Notes: generated from the letters alone by a model not told the origin. A stretch of DNA of 64,000 bases from Pseudovirgaria hyperparasitica (GCA_010093815.1 ML996565.1), one strand, 5' to 3'; counted from the stretch's first letter, positions 1 through 13,809 are shown. Translations and numbers: made by a program.

Positions 1-2588
1 GGTCAGTGAACGAGGCATTGATCGTGAACGTATCCGTTTCATCGATTTCACGACCTTTCGGCTGTTTCGAGAGAGGCCTCAGACGGGCGCAGGCGAGAGA
101 CTGGAGGGTACGCTTAAGTTCGGCATCGGCTGCGGACTGCATTAGATGCACATCTCATGAAGAGAAGAAAAGGATTTTCTTACGAAGTCCAGTCTCTACT
201 TTCAGAAAATCATATGAAAGCCTTTCATCAATAGCGCGGTCGTTGAACTGAAGAAGCACAATAGCTTGGAAGGAGCTGACCACTAGCTCTTTCCTACCTT
301 TCGGAAAGTCGGCCCTGAGCTGACAATTGGCTAAAGCATGCTTCCACTCCAGCTTCTTGTTCGAGTGTTTGGTCTTGTAGTGTTTTTCAAACTTGTCGAT
401 TGCAGTCTTAATCTCCATTGGTATTCGGACTGGAATCTCGGGATATGTTGGCCATGCTGCCTGTGAGAGGACATTAACCGATAGGTCGATGCGCTCCTTC
501 TTGCCTCCTTCTCGCTCCTGTGAGATTGTCTTATATGAAGCCAATTCTTCACGCGATAGTTCGATATCCTTGAACATTTGTTCGAGGTTGTATGTGAAGC
601 CAGAACCACACTCTGTATGTATATTAGCTTATGCACAAGCAAAGAGCGTTTCGCAATACATACCCGTCTGAAGCCTCGAAAGCATACTCCTCTCGGCGTC
701 CGCACTGGCGCTTCGGCCCATCAGTAATCGCCTGGCAAGATCTTTCTTGTAGAAGGCCTCAAAGACTGCTTTACCGTGAACAAATCTGAACAGGTCCAGC
801 ACTTGGTCCAATTGATTATTAACTTCCGAGTCTTCGTCAAATATTTGTTCTTCGTTGTCTTCATCATCTCTTTGGGCCCGAGGTGCTGACTTTGAAAGCA
901 TTGCAGGAATTGCTTTGGAACCACCTCTCAGTAGAAGATCTAGGTATTTCGCTATCATCTCCTCAGGCTTTGAGTTGTCTGTACCCCACGCTGCATTTGT
1001 CTTCCGGGTCTTGTTGATAAAGCTCTCGAAGGTCTTGCGCATTGCGTGGCCCAGCTCATCATTCCTTTCGAACGAATATTTCCAGATATGGTCAAGCTGT
1101 TGCTTCATGCAAAGCAATTTGACTACCATTTGATCTTGCTCTTTCTCATCAAAAACAATAGCAGTTCCAGTCAGGTCGACCCAGGCAACAAACGCAGGCA
1201 TCAGCTTCTCTCCAAGGCTACGCTTTTGCAAGAATGAAAAGAGCTGCTTTAGATCCTCGATAGCATTTTGGTCTAACAGGTCGGCAACAGCATCATTATC
1301 TACCAGTTTAGATTCTTGCTCAGTGACGAGTTGATCTTCCAGCAGTGTCATGAGATTGCGTTTTGTTGAGGAGTCGAGATTGAAACGATCACATCGTCTA
1401 GCCTCTCGCTCAATCAATCTGATAGACCTCGACACATACTCGGCAAGCTTCACCTCGGAACTCATCTTGGCTGCCCATTGAATAATGAAAGTCTGCGATA
1501 GCTCCAGAAGTCGTGGTTCGAAACAGTCGGTGTAGACGCTGATCTCATGAAACATGCTAATGGCATTTTCAAAGGTATTTGCATCCATTGATCCGCCCTC
1601 TGAGTCACGTTCCTCTCTTATAAGGTCACAAGCTCCATCGACAACCTTCTCCTGGAACTTAGGGCTGTGAAAGATCTTGGTTCGGAAAATGCCGTGGCTA
1701 TCACTCTCGAGAGAGCGTCCCTTCGGAAGGAGGTACGAGCGATCCATGTAACACCATATCATTTCAACTTGTTTCTGGATCATGTGTCAGCAGACATGCT
1801 TCAGTCAAGCATAATCAGCGTACCATATTCGCCTTCCATGTTGCCCATGCAGCCAAAACAGCTCTCAGCACGTCTGTGTTTGTTTGATGAGATTGTTCTA
1901 GAAGCCTTGCATATACCGTCTCGTTCATATGTAACTCGCATCTCTTGTAGAGCCTGTAGGACAATGCCTCAGCATGGCCTTGTCGACAGACATTTTCCAC
2001 ACTCTTGTACAATTCCTCATATGAGATGGCAATTTTCTGACCTGCAAATATTCGTCCTAGAGCAGCATCTAGAGTATTCCAGACCTGATCGAAATATTGC
2101 TTCGGGTCTGCTTTGGACTGTGTCTTAAAGTTCTTGACCACGATCCTCCTCGGACCCGCGTGCGGGTTGTTACTGGCTCTTGCTCCATTCTTAATTCCAA
2201 TTTTACGTGGTGAACTTGTCGGAGAACCTGTCAAATCTACTATTGTATCTTTAAGGCTGTTCCTGCTGCTGAAGCTATACATATTTGCAGGCGATAGCGC
2301 TTCCTGAGAAGTTGTGGGTGGCGAAGAAGGAAGATCGTCCAGGCTTCGGTCGATTGAGCACAGCCTGGCTCGTTTGTTCTTTGGTGTTGTAGGCCCGCCA
2401 GTGGCGGCTTTTTGCTTCGAATTTGAGAAGAGCTCAGAAATCGTCTGCTGCTTGGCGTTGGCAATCGAGGCGTTATCGGTGGGAACACATAGAGCTCCGG
2501 ACGGCCGGTCAGAGGAGAGCTTGCGTTTCCGATCGCTGGTAGGTGTCTTATCAGCCTTTGAGCGTTTGCCAGTGCTCGTAGACTGCAT
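1..2588 (-). CDS. CUL4: Cullin-4 (3' end runs off the window start)
   Basis: Exons 2588-1824, 1774-664, 612-184, 129-<1, joined in frame by GT-AG introns. Cullin motifs: YEELYKSVENVCR, LDLFRFVHGKAVFEAFYKKDLARRLL..SASADAERSML, ECGSGFTYNLEQMFKDIELS, LSVNVLSQAAWPTY, ELKRTLQSLACA. The long low-complexity N-terminus is typical of CUL4. Confidence 0.93.
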
Positions 2589-3117
2589 CGATGAGTCAGA
2601 ATTGCGACTTGATCAGTCCAGTAAAAGGCGTTAGCCCGGCCAGAATTTATTGCGATCGATGGAGGCGACAACTGATGATTATGAAGCTCGGTCTGGAAGG
2701 TAGCTTGGCTCGAGCTTCTGATATGAAGATCAGTGGGGCCGGCTGGGGGGGTATCTCAGACGACCAGTATTTACCTGCCACTCCACATTTTTTAGGTGTA
2801 CTATCGAACATTGCAGACAGGTTTCTCGTCGTGTGAAGGATTCATTTTTTTCATTTCTGGGCGAAGGCGTCCACGAGTGTTGCCCCTTCCGCGACTATTG
2901 TGGATGGGAGATTTTGAGGTCAGACGGTGATAGACCGGACTTAAGTCACTACTAACATTTTTCGCATCTTGCAACATATATTTTCAGGATAACTACTTGA
3001 GTAGGGTATTGTGACAGCCACGCTCGAATTTATGTAGAGGAAAGCACGAAACATACTGGTATCTCTGAGGCGCCAGCCAAAGACTCATCTAATCGTATCA
3101 ATTATTAGTGAGGCTGC

Positions 3118-5990
3118 TTAAAACAAACTCCATCCGCGATTCTTCTTTTCCGTTTGCATTGATCTCGAACTGTATCGCTTCTCCCTAAGCTCAAGCTGTC
3201 GTAAAGCCTCCATCTCCTTGAGAACATGCTCAAGGAGATCTTTTCGGCGGACCACATCTAGGTGCCGTTTAATTTTTGGATCCTCTCGGGCAAAGCGATC
3301 GATCTCAGTCTGTGATAGATTACGTCCCAGTCGGGCATCAAGTTCGCGCGGGAACTGTATGTATTAGCAGCTCTTCTAACAAAGAAGTGGATCGGACTTA
3401 CCAGATAGTAAAATTTGGACAACAACTCGGCATCAAGGAAGAGATCGGCCGTGGTCGTGAGTTTATCCGCCACAGCGTCTAGGAAGACTTCTGGGCAGTG
3501 GTATTTGTTCTTCTTGTCTGCACATTGCTTAGACTTGACAGCCATCAGTCTAAGCCTGAGGACGTCCAATCTATCTCGTAGGAAGACAGCTTCCCGGCCT
3601 TTTGCCATATTAGTCTGGAGTCAAGGGAAAGACAGGCGCGGCAACTCACCCTTTTCGAGCAGAGCAGCGCTGAAGCCGCCAGCACCACCCACTCCGTTAC
3701 CCTCGAGGGCCACGGATCCACTTCGGACACGGTCAATAAAGGCCATAACGTCCTTCGTCTTTCTCTTCCCGCCTATCTGGTTCTCTAGGGTCTTGTTGGC
3801 GGTTTCACACGCCTTCAGCTCCTCCTGCAAGACTGCTTTGATGTTTTCACGACCCTTCTTCCACTCATTATCTTCAAGCTCGATTCGATACTTATACGGC
3901 TTGATACAGATCTCAAGCTCGTCGCTGATATCGTATGAGAGGTCTTTGAGTATTGTTGTAGATGCATCAGTGATCGCTTTGCGGGCGAAGGGATGAGCGG
4001 AGAATCTCGACCCAGCAATCAAGCCATCGATATGTGCCTGTAGTGATGAAGCGACCACAGTCGTTGCAAGACGGCCGATACCGAGCTTTGTAAGAGCGGC
4101 GGTAGAACCATCTAGTTTGTATTGCCATATGGTATCATTTGGGTCAGCTTTCGGAAGGTCTTCTAGTGGATACTCTTCAGGTGGAGGAGGGGCAATATCG
4201 TCGAAAGGGCGGTTCCAGTACTTCTGGGCAAGTAGGTTCAGGACTTGTTGATCAAGCTCCCGTTTCAACAGCTCACGAACTTCGGCTCTTCCGAATTCCT
4301 CCGCGAAGCCCCTGAAGGAATGCTTGAACGAGTCCAGGCTTTCAGCTAGGTATGACTCTGCACTCAATGGTCGCTCGTTGTACTGGACCTTGAACTCGTA
4401 CCTCGCTTCCTCAAGTTCACGTGTGATGGCCTCACTTGTGGTCTTCAAGCTAGCAGCCATGGTCGTCTCGAGGACATGCATCAACTTCTTACGCAAGTTC
4501 TTGGTTCCCACATCCAGGTTAGACTCTGCGCCAAATTCGGAGGGATGAGAAGAGAAAAAGGCCTGTTCATTACGAGCGATGGCAGTTGTAATATTACCAT
4601 TACCGCGATGGAATAAGCTCTGGGATGTCTGCGGTATTCTGCAGACAACGCCGACATATCCTAATCGCAGAGCATACTTTTTATCAGTAAGCATGCTCAC
4701 GCCCCTTTCAGCGTCTACAAGATCCATCTTCGTAATGACTCCTATGGTGCGCTCGCCACGAGGATCCACCTTTCGCGAAGCTCGCAATGCAGTCGAATTT
4801 GCGAGATCGACATCGGCGGCAGAAATGGCCAAGATGACATTTGGAGGTTGAATGTATTTTTCGCACAGTTCGGCGATTTTCTCTTTCAACTCTGGGGGCT
4901 GATCACGTCCTACCACCTGTATGTAGCCAGGGAGATCGATGAGTGAAAGATCCGGCACGTTTGGTGAGTATATACGGAGCTGAATCGGGTCGTCTGTGAC
5001 ACATTGCTCGGCTGGCACAGCGAGATTCAGGTCTGTCAGTGTTCGCTGGATTACGGTGAAGTCGGTGAGTTTGCCCAGGCCTAGTGCTGGAAATTCGCCA
5101 TATTCTGCCTTTGCCTCCGGTGTGTTGACGAGTGTCAATTCGATGGGCCTTCGCGTGACCATGTTATGACCTTTCGGCAGGAACTCATGTCCAACTATAG
5201 CCTCCAGCACTGAGCTTTTTCCAGAGGACTGGGATCCAATAACAACAATTGATGGTAGCGTGAGAGTCTCTGATTGACCGACAGTCTGAAGTAAACTCCT
5301 TATCTCGATCATTTTCTTTGTCAACAGCATCATTTGCTCATCTCTTGCAATCTTCTCTTGGGATCTCTCTGTGCCTTCATCATCATTATCAGCATAGCCG
5401 AATGCAGCAACGGTCGTCGCGCCCGCCACTGCACTGCCGGCACTAGCCTGCACAGGTTTGCCTTTGTCTTTGCCGGGACCTCCATCGGAACCCCCATTTC
5501 CAGAGGAATCCACGGGATTCACTAAGCTTTGGAGCCACTCTGGCAGCAGCTCTGCTTCTCCTTTTGTTTTCTCCCACCCTTTCTTGATCTGGCCGAATAC
5601 ATCGACAGTACTTGCCGATACCGCCGTCGCCTTCTCCTTTGCTCGATCGAATACCCCTGTCACATATGTCCCAGCTATTGTAGCTTGATTTTGTATGTAT
5701 GCGAGTGCAGCAACTGTAGCTCCCATGGAGATAGCACCTAGAGTAGAGAGTTTCGTGACCAGCTTAGGTATTACTCGGGTAAAGGATATCGCCCTTACTG
5801 CTGGTACATTATGTATTGCATAAGCGCCCAAGGGCCATAGCCTCCGATCAAGTGACTGTGATCTACGTCCAGTCCGTAATAAGCCACCAGATCCAGAGCT
5901 TGAATATTGTACGATACCGCGGGGGGTGTATAGATTTGGGACGCGCCGCGCGAGCGGGAAGAGGCGCGCGGAGAGGATCCTTCCGCTCAT
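3118..5990 (-). CDS. MGM1: Mitochondrial inner-membrane dynamin-like GTPase (Mgm1/Msp1/OPA1 family)
   Basis: Exons 5990-3650, 3598-3402, 3354-3118. Arg-rich presequence and two hydrophobic segments. G1 VVIGSQSSGKSSVLE, G2 VTRRP, G3 DLPG, G4 TKMD. C-terminal FYYLFPRELDARL..FAREDPKIKRHL. Confidence 0.96.
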
Positions 5991-6503
5991 GCTGAAGGAT
6001 GCCCTACCCGGGCGATGTTGACATGGAATCAGAGGTTTCGTAGAGACAGAGAGGCGCGGTTGATGTTGTTGTGTGTACAGGAGATAAAGTTGGTCTAATA
6101 TGATGATGCGCTCCCTGGGCTTGGCCAGGTGGGTTGGTTAGCGCACACTCTCCGTTCACATGGATGGATGGATCCCGTAAGGGTCCAATCAAAGAAATCC
6201 GACACGTCTTTTCATGCCCATGCGGCAGTAATGTTTCCTTTGCAGTTAATATTGCAGCACCATGGCTGTTGCTGCACTGAAGAGTGGTGTTGAGATTCTA
6301 TCTTCCAGCTTCTCATATCTCGTGTTCTCATAGGGAGTGTATCCATGTCAACAAGTTTCACGAAACAAGCCTCCAAATTGCGTCATTTCGCTCCTGTGTA
6401 GCTCACCGCACAAAGGAACCCTGGGTTCCATCAACTCGTAGACAATTCACTCACAATCGTGTCGTCCGCTTCCACATACCTCTGGACAGATAGATGCTCA
6501 GAT

Positions 6504-7793
6504 ATGTGTAGATTTCTGGTTAGTATAGCATACCAACGACGATTCGCGAGCTCTCAAATAATGTCTGGACAAGGTCTATAAAGGCAAAGACGAGATCCTC
6601 CTCTCGAAACTGATTTTAGACCCAACCCACTCGATACTCACGCAGTCCTACGACTCACGCCTGCGGCTCGTAAGTCAATCTCCACATCAGAGCCTCGCTG
6701 CGGCTACTTGACTTGTTAGCTTCTCCTCAAGCTCCATCCTGACGCACTCTGACAGGACTATCGTCGGCCTCACAACGGCGATGGCTTCGGGGTCGGATAC
6801 TATACAGACCCCGCTCTAGGCCCGGAACCTTGCATCTTCACTTCGACGATCCCTGCGTGGAACTGTATCAATCTTGAACGACTTGCTGCGAAGACCGCCT
6901 CAAATCTGATCTTCGCGCATGTCCGTGCCACAACCGAAGGCAATTTGTCGGACAGCAATTGCCATCCTTTCCGGCATGGATCTCTTATGTGGATGCATAA
7001 TGGCGGTATAGGAGCATGGAAACATGTCAAGAGAAGACTAGCGATGAGCGTAAAAGACGAGTGGTTCATGGGTGTTCAAGGAAGTACAGACAGCGAGTGG
7101 GCATTCGCGCTGTTTCTGGATAGTATGGACAGGATGGGACACAGCCCAAACACAGAGCTAGGAGAGAACGGCTTCGGACATAGTGTACTGCGGAAAGCCA
7201 TGCTGAAAACCATCGAGCGTATCAACAAGCTTATCGCAGAGATTCCTGAAGATCAGCGCCCGGAGGACACGAGGAGTCTTCTCAACTTTGCAGTCACGGA
7301 CGGCGCATGCGTGGTATGCACGCGCTATGTGAGCTCCAAGACTGATGAGCCTGCCTCGTTATTCTTCTCCTCTGGCACATCGTGGTCTCCCGTACCAAAG
7401 TCAACTGATCAAGAAGCTCAAGTGAAGAACGACGATGCAAACCGTGCACAAATTCATCCTCGAAGCCAGCCGGCCACATATGGCCAGACATCCTATCGCA
7501 TGTCTCGCCTGGATCGTGGTGCTGATATCGTTCTGGTTGCGTCTGAGCCGCTTACATTCGAGCGCGATAATTGGGTGACCGTCCCTACGAATTCTATCTT
7601 GACTATTTCTGGACAGACAGTGATGATCCATCCTATAAGGGATGAATTCTGGAGTGAGAACCCAGCTGTGGAACGAAGCATGGAATTCGCCGAGACCAAA
7701 GGGCAAGCGGTCGGCGCGAAGGGGGCTACAGGTATCGAGAAGGGAACAAAAGTACCAGACAGGGCTAGGCTTGAAGTGGGCTGCGGAGCATGA
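6504..7793 (+). CDS. DUG3: Class II (Ntn) glutamine amidotransferase, Dug3-like (glutathione degradation)
   Basis: Exons 6504-6518 (MCRFL), 6574-6669, 6756-7793. Cys2 nucleophile; HNGDGFGVG, FAHVRA, NCHPF, HNG, GSTDSEW, LVASEPLT motifs. Confidence 0.92.
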
Positions 7794-9490
7794 GGTCTTT
7801 CTGCCAGAAAGATGGGATTACGTGCTGGAGTATGGGCGTCAGATCTTATTACATCACGAAAGATCACGGAAGTCTGCTTCTCAGCGTCTGGGTATGCAAT
7901 TGAACTAACATAGGATCTTTCGCAGAGTTAGCATTCACTGCTGTATTATCAGTCTACATACACTCGAGTATACATGGCTATTTCCCCTTCCGCCTGCCTT
8001 GAGCGGCATTCTCAGTTCACTTACAAGACCAATCCATATAACGCTTAGAATTAAATCCGACAGAGCAGCATACAAGGCTTGCTCTCAAACGCGTTATCTA
8101 CCAGACTGACAAGGTCTATTCTGTGAACATCATGCATGAATGTGGCAATGCATAAGTACACCAGGTGATCAATTGGATGCAGAGTAGGATTCAGGCCGAA
8201 ATAAACTCTCTACCTAACCTACTCATATGGCCAGACTTCTAATGCTGTCATAACAAGAATGACCCACTCGTCAGTGCAAGGGCGTAGTAAAGCTTGCAGT
8301 GTTCCTCTTCCGCTCTATCAACCTTCCAGCCGCCGTCGACTACAAGCCTCTGTACTTCAGCCGGGTCTCGTACACTCCCTCATGGTCTTCGATCAAATCT
8401 TATAGTTACATTTCGAGTGACACCCGTCCTGCCGACTAGTTCTTTTCTGAGGCACGAACTCACTTACCGGGAGCCAGCAGTACAGCTTTACACGGAAGGC
8501 CAATGACAATCGGCTTGGGCCAAACGCAAGCGCAGCAATTACACGCTTTCACGGAAAAGTAGCATAAATTTTAGCGATTCTTCTGTTGTCAAGATCCGGG
8601 ACTGCGATATCACGGTCAGTTTCGAACCTACTTCGGGAAGGTTATCTTATATACTTCATGTTAGATTTTGTATTTACTGGGGTGTTGACGGCGCATTGGT
8701 AGACAGACTGCTGCCGGAGCCACAGACACATGTAAAAATCTGTAGGATAAAGTTCTCGCATCTGATGTTACACTTTGATTATTCATCTTCAAATTTTCGG
8801 TCATAAGGCTATGCAGTATACGATTCCAGTATGACCTATTGCTGGTCTATTCTTGGGTTGGAGGATATCAAGCACATTACTAACGTTGGGAACGACATTG
8901 ATCGATGATGAGTCTGGTATACGCAGTTGCGTAATCGCTCTCAAATCTATCCTTATCCATTGCGCGTGTCTAGATAGTCCTCCTCCTTGATTCATCCGTA
9001 AATCAGGTCCCATAGGGCTAATTATAAGTATTAGCCGTTCTATATAAGTCTAGTGCATCCAAATTGCCCATCAAGTCACCTTTCTCGTGCGTTAGGTGGT
9101 CAGGTCAAGCAGTGAACAATTAGTATACCCCAGTACACATACTCAGATACACACATCTGACAGTAGGGCTACCGCGTCCCCAAAGCTGGAACACAGTCTA
9201 CACATACACAACTCCCAAGCATATCTACCCATCATCGCTATAGGACTGCCATACCCAGCCAGCCCTCCACCACATCTCAATTATATCCACCCCAGCTCCT
9301 ATGGGCCCTTAGCTATCATTCTTCCAACATCCAGGCCCTTACTGCTTCTTGTTTTGATGTGTAGATATGTATGTATGTATGATAGGCGTTTGGGTTTAGC
9401 TCTTTGTATTTGGTATATGGTAGGTGCTTGGTAGCTTGGTTGGGTTGGGGATGACGTATATGTAGGCATGAGATGTGGGGAGCTTAGGAT

Positions 9491-9558
9491 AAGGAAGGAA
9501 AGAAGGAAGGAAGGAAGGAAGGAAGGAAGGAAGGAAAGAAGGAAGGAAAGAAAGAAAG
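9491..9558. repeat. (GAAG)n/(GAAA)n tetranucleotide microsatellite
   Basis: Direct reading: aaggaaggaaagaaggaaggaagg...aaagaaag. Confidence 0.95.
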
Positions 9559-11409
9559 TGCCATTACGAGGGAGAAGTGGATGGAGAGGCAGGTTATAGA
9601 CAGGACATGGTGGTGCAATTCGATGTGATGTGATGTGGTATTATGTGGTATTAATCATGGAAGTGGATATATATATAATGTATGTATGTGTATGAAGCAC
9701 TATACATAAATTCGTCCATCCATACTCATCGGCATCCATCCATAGCCAATAATTCAAAACCCCGTCGAATAACATATATACATACCACACAACCACATAG
9801 CAAGCGATGACGACGACGGCAAGGTATGATCACACACATACATCTTCAAGGAAACAACATTAACGGAACTACACACGAGTAGATCAATCACATCAATACC
9901 TCCTTATACTAATTAGTACTACTTAATATATTCTTTCCCAACTTCATCGCTCTAACATCTAAGTACTCATATCGTATACTACTGATACTATCTATTCATT
10001 CGTTCATTCATTGAAACGTTCAACCATTCATTCATCCAAACATCCATAATCAATCATTCAAATCGCACGCACTCGATATATGTGTCCTCGTCTCCCACTT
10101 CCTCCTCGTCCTCGCCTTCGATCAGCGACTGCATATCGAGATGTCGATACTCAGGTACCGTGCTGTCCACATCCCCCCCAATTCCTTTCCTCCCCCCTGT
10201 TCCGCGTTGGCTGCAGAGAAAATGGAGCAAGTCCCACCAGTTCGGACTGATCTAATTGTGTTCTACCCTGCTCTATCCATGATGAACCCATACCCACGCA
10301 CATGCGAACCAAGGATATACCTCAATACAACCTCACCCTTATCCACTCGGCCATCCAAAAGGCTCGGTGAAATGCCTCGTCATCAATCGAACCGAACCTC
10401 CCAGTCCAGTTCCATGCGCCGACTAGTACTCTGTTAAATTACTGAAGGAGCGTGGCGAGGGTAAGGCAGAGGAAAGATAGCATGTTTCGAAAATCATGTG
10501 TCGCGTGCCTACCTCAAAGGCGCTTCGTTCCCGTAATGCTGGAAGACGCGCAGCACGCGCTGGCCCAACGAGCCGGGCTGTCCATCCAATCGGTCGGGAT
10601 GAGTATCCAGGATGGGTATGTGTGCTGTCATAACATGGTAGACAAGACGAGCTCGTGGCATAAAGGGCTGACTGGGCTGCCATGGCCCTCGGGGCTAACA
10701 AGAGATCCTTCCAGGAATATGGATAGGTTTACGCGCGGGGGCGGGCCCATCCATGAGTGCGCTAGTGTACGCACCAGGTACGCGCGCGAGGACAAACCTA
10801 ATTGCCACGACTTAGCTTCTCGAATTTTGCTCTTCTTTCTTCAAAGCTTTTAGGCATCGGCATATCAATTTGGTCGAATGGTGCTGTGTATGGCTACAAT
10901 TGTGGGGAAGAGATGCTTTGGTTTGTGGCGATGTAATAGTTGACGGGCGAGCGTGGCAGGGGATCGTTGGCTGGATCGTTTGAGTGCAGGTCTTGGAGCT
11001 CACGTGCAGGGTGTCGTAACATCGGTGCTCGTGACCTTTGTCAGGTGTACTATGCTATCATGTCTTGCGCAAGGATGGATCAACTTCGGAGTTCTATTCA
11101 TCAAATAACAAGCTCGTCATAAGATCCACGTAATATCGACCAGTAGCCACCACTTGCTTTATCCCCGGCAACACGGCACGGGTGGAGCCGATCAACCTCA
11201 GGCATGCCCACAGAAACCCTTCCGAAAGATGGCGAGAATGTTGCAGTGGGACAGGATTTTCAAATAGCTGCAGATCAGCGGCGACACAGGCGGCGCGCTT
11301 CCTGGCAATTCGTGTTGTGGCGTTCGGCTGCTCTATTCTTGCTCTGTCAGGTCGGTGGATACCATGTGTCATGAACTTTGTTGCATAAACGGTGATGCAT
11401 GCTCCACCC

Positions 11410-12861
11410 TCACACATCATCTATGCCCACTCCAACCCACCTAGATGGTATGGAGAAACCTTTCGTCAGCTGCACCGTTTCCGTAGATTCGGTTTTGCGT
11501 GGTGGGAGCCAGATGCGAGCTTTGCCAACAGCTTTGGTATCGAGCTTTCCCTCGCGGCGCATGTTCATCTCTAGTACGATGACACGTAGAAAATCTCCGT
11601 TCTCGCGGGGTTCACGTTGGCGGACCGTTGGGTCGGAGGATAGTGCACGGCCTGCATCGGCTCGAGGATCCACTGTACCGCGTCGGCGACCTTTACTGCG
11701 GCCTCGACGATCATAGGTCTGCAGCTGTATCATAGGAGCTTCATAGATGGAAGGGTCATTTGTCTCGTGTATTTGCATTGAGAGCTCGGTCGGGGAGAGC
11801 GGATTGAGATATCGGCGGAGAGCAGCAGTTGGAACGCCTTCTGATAGCTTCGGGCGCATTTCAGAAGTGAAGCCAGGGTATAGAATTGATCGCGTGAGGA
11901 GATCTTCTGGTGGTATTGAAGGTGCGGTGAAGTTAGAGAATGATTTGGCGGCTGATTTGAGAGCCTGTAAGGATGCTGTTAGGTTGGATTTGAAACTGGA
12001 TCGAGCCTTGACTGGCTTGTGTGATACATTCGCGAGCTCGGACTCGTCGATTTCGATTGTGGCCGAGTATTCGTCTAGGTTGTAGTGTAACAGAGGATGA
12101 TCAAGTACGCAGTCTTCTTTGGGTGGTGATGATACGCTCTTCTCTCGACGCATAGACTGTGGTGTTGCGGGATTCGCGGTGCCCCAAGATGACAGAGACT
12201 GCGTGTCTGCATCCAGAGAAGGTATTGAGTTCAAAGAGTCGCTAGAAATGGATCGTGATGATACCGTCCGCGATTCTTTCTCACTGCCTGAATCGAGGCT
12301 AAGAATGTCGTCGTTCTCTCCATCCTCGGTTCTTTCTAGCAGTACATCCATGGGTGAGCCATTCTTGAACGAAGGTGTCTTCTCGTTATCTTTCCTCCAT
12401 TCTTCTACTAGCTCATCTATGGATATTTTCCGGTCGGAAGGTGTGGTACGTTTGCGAGACGGGCGATGCGGTCGGAGAGGAATGGATGTGACGGCGAGAA
12501 GGGCTGCAACAGCAGGAGGGACACCATCTGATCGATGGTTCCGGGGCATGGTAGATGGTCGATCAACGTGGTGACCTTTGATTCTCGTGCTTTGAGTCGT
12601 GGCAGGTCCATGAAGTCCTGAACGCTGTGGAACTGCCATGGATGGCATAGAGGGTTTCCGTTGAGGCACGGCAATGGGAGGCGTTCGTGGTCGCTCGTCT
12701 TGTTGGGCCATGACATCCTGCTTATCTAGTGGAATTATCTTTTTAGGTGACTGCGTTCTTGAACGGTTTGCTTTCATTGGGCCCTTCTCGTCGCTGAGCA
12801 CCCGATCTGAAGGTCGACGTTGAACGTGTTTGAAACTCCGGGGTACCAGCATGCTGAGCAT
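11410..12861 (-). CDS. Conserved fungal hypothetical protein (483 aa, Ser/Pro-rich)
   Basis: Single long ORF with conserved-looking blocks VAALLAVTSIP, FKSNLTASLQALKSAA and C-terminal RQREPRENGDFLRVIVLEMNMRREGKL..ARIWLPPR..IPSRW. I recognise these from uncharacterised Pezizomycotina proteins. Confidence 0.85.
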   Translation of the reverse strand: MLSMLVPRSFKHVQRRPSDRVLSDEKGPMKANRSRTQSPKKIIPLDKQDVMAQQDERPRTPPIAVPQRKPSMPSMAVPQRSGLHGPATTQSTRIKGHHVDRPSTMPRNHRSDGVPPAVAALLAVTSIPLRPHRPSRKRTTPSDRKISIDELVEEWRKDNEKTPSFKNGSPMDVLLERTEDGENDDILSLDSGSEKESRTVSSRSISSDSLNSIPSLDADTQSLSSWGTANPATPQSMRREKSVSSPPKEDCVLDHPLLHYNLDEYSATIEIDESELANVSHKPVKARSSFKSNLTASLQALKSAAKSFSNFTAPSIPPEDLLTRSILYPGFTSEMRPKLSEGVPTAALRRYLNPLSPTELSMQIHETNDPSIYEAPMIQLQTYDRRGRSKGRRRGTVDPRADAGRALSSDPTVRQREPRENGDFLRVIVLEMNMRREGKLDTKAVGKARIWLPPRKTESTETVQLTKGFSIPSRWVGVGIDDV

Positions 12862-13782
12862 CAGATATGGGATAGCGCAAGTCGTGCTAGGAAGCGGTCG
12901 TCCTTAGATCGAGTGGATATGGACGTTATGCGAGGGGCCGAATGGGCTGAAAGATAGCAGTATGATGATGGCATACGTGGGGTGGGCACTGTGGATTATG
13001 GTCGCAGGGATCTGTGATATGTGCATATGGCAGTCGAGAGCCGGTGTTCTGAGTGATGGTGGATGTAGAATATGAAGGGTTGAGTGAACGAGCGTGAGAT
13101 GAGGTGAGGTGAGGTGAAGGCGACAGCCAAGGCAAAGTATAGGATGTGGCTTGAGAGCAGCAATGGAGGAAAGGATGTATAATGTCTAGCCTCCGTCGGC
13201 CGGGGGCGATATAAACGGCATATAGTGACAGGAAGGGACACGGGGCAGAGTGAGGCAGCAGCTTATCGGAAGCATACTAAGCAGAGCGCGGAATACAACG
13301 GGCGTGGAGGTGTCTTTAGGCAAGACAAGAATAAGATGCAGACGCAGATATTAGTTTATCTGTGTGTGTGCGTGTATATGAGTCTGTGCGAATGGAGGAT
13401 GAGAAAGAAGGATAAGTGAAGAGGATGAGGATTGGGAGGATCCATGCACATACGACCAGGCAGGGATGGCAAGAGTTTTTGGGGGGGGGGGAGATGGGGG
13501 ACAGCGAATAGGCTGTGACGCAGATAAGCTGAGAGCGTGGCCAGTGGGTGGTGGCAGTAATCGAGGGACCCCCATTGCATCGCCCGTGTCCACCTGCAGT
13601 TTAGGGTGGGTGGAGCGGCTGGGCAGCCCTGGGCGACCTCATAGCTAAAGTAAGGTTACGTAGGGTTAATAGGTGGGTGGTGATGGCTAATGCCGGGGCT
13701 GTGACTGCAGCTACTCAGCTACCTAAGCGCGACTAAGCCCTGATTGACTGTCGCGTGTGCTGGCGCAAGCTGAGTCCGCCGG

Positions 13783-13809
13783 CGCTGGTCTCGCTGGTCT
13801 CGCTGGTCT
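13783..13809. repeat. 9-bp tandem repeat (CGCTGGTCT)x3
   Basis: Three perfect copies read directly. Confidence 0.9.

Noticed and set aside
13601..13670. TTAGGG / TAGGGTTA near POT1, considered as a telomerase RNA template or interstitial telomere
   Set aside because: The minus strand reads TAACCCTAC, not the full TAACCCTAA template; there is no tandem array and no recognisable pseudoknot.
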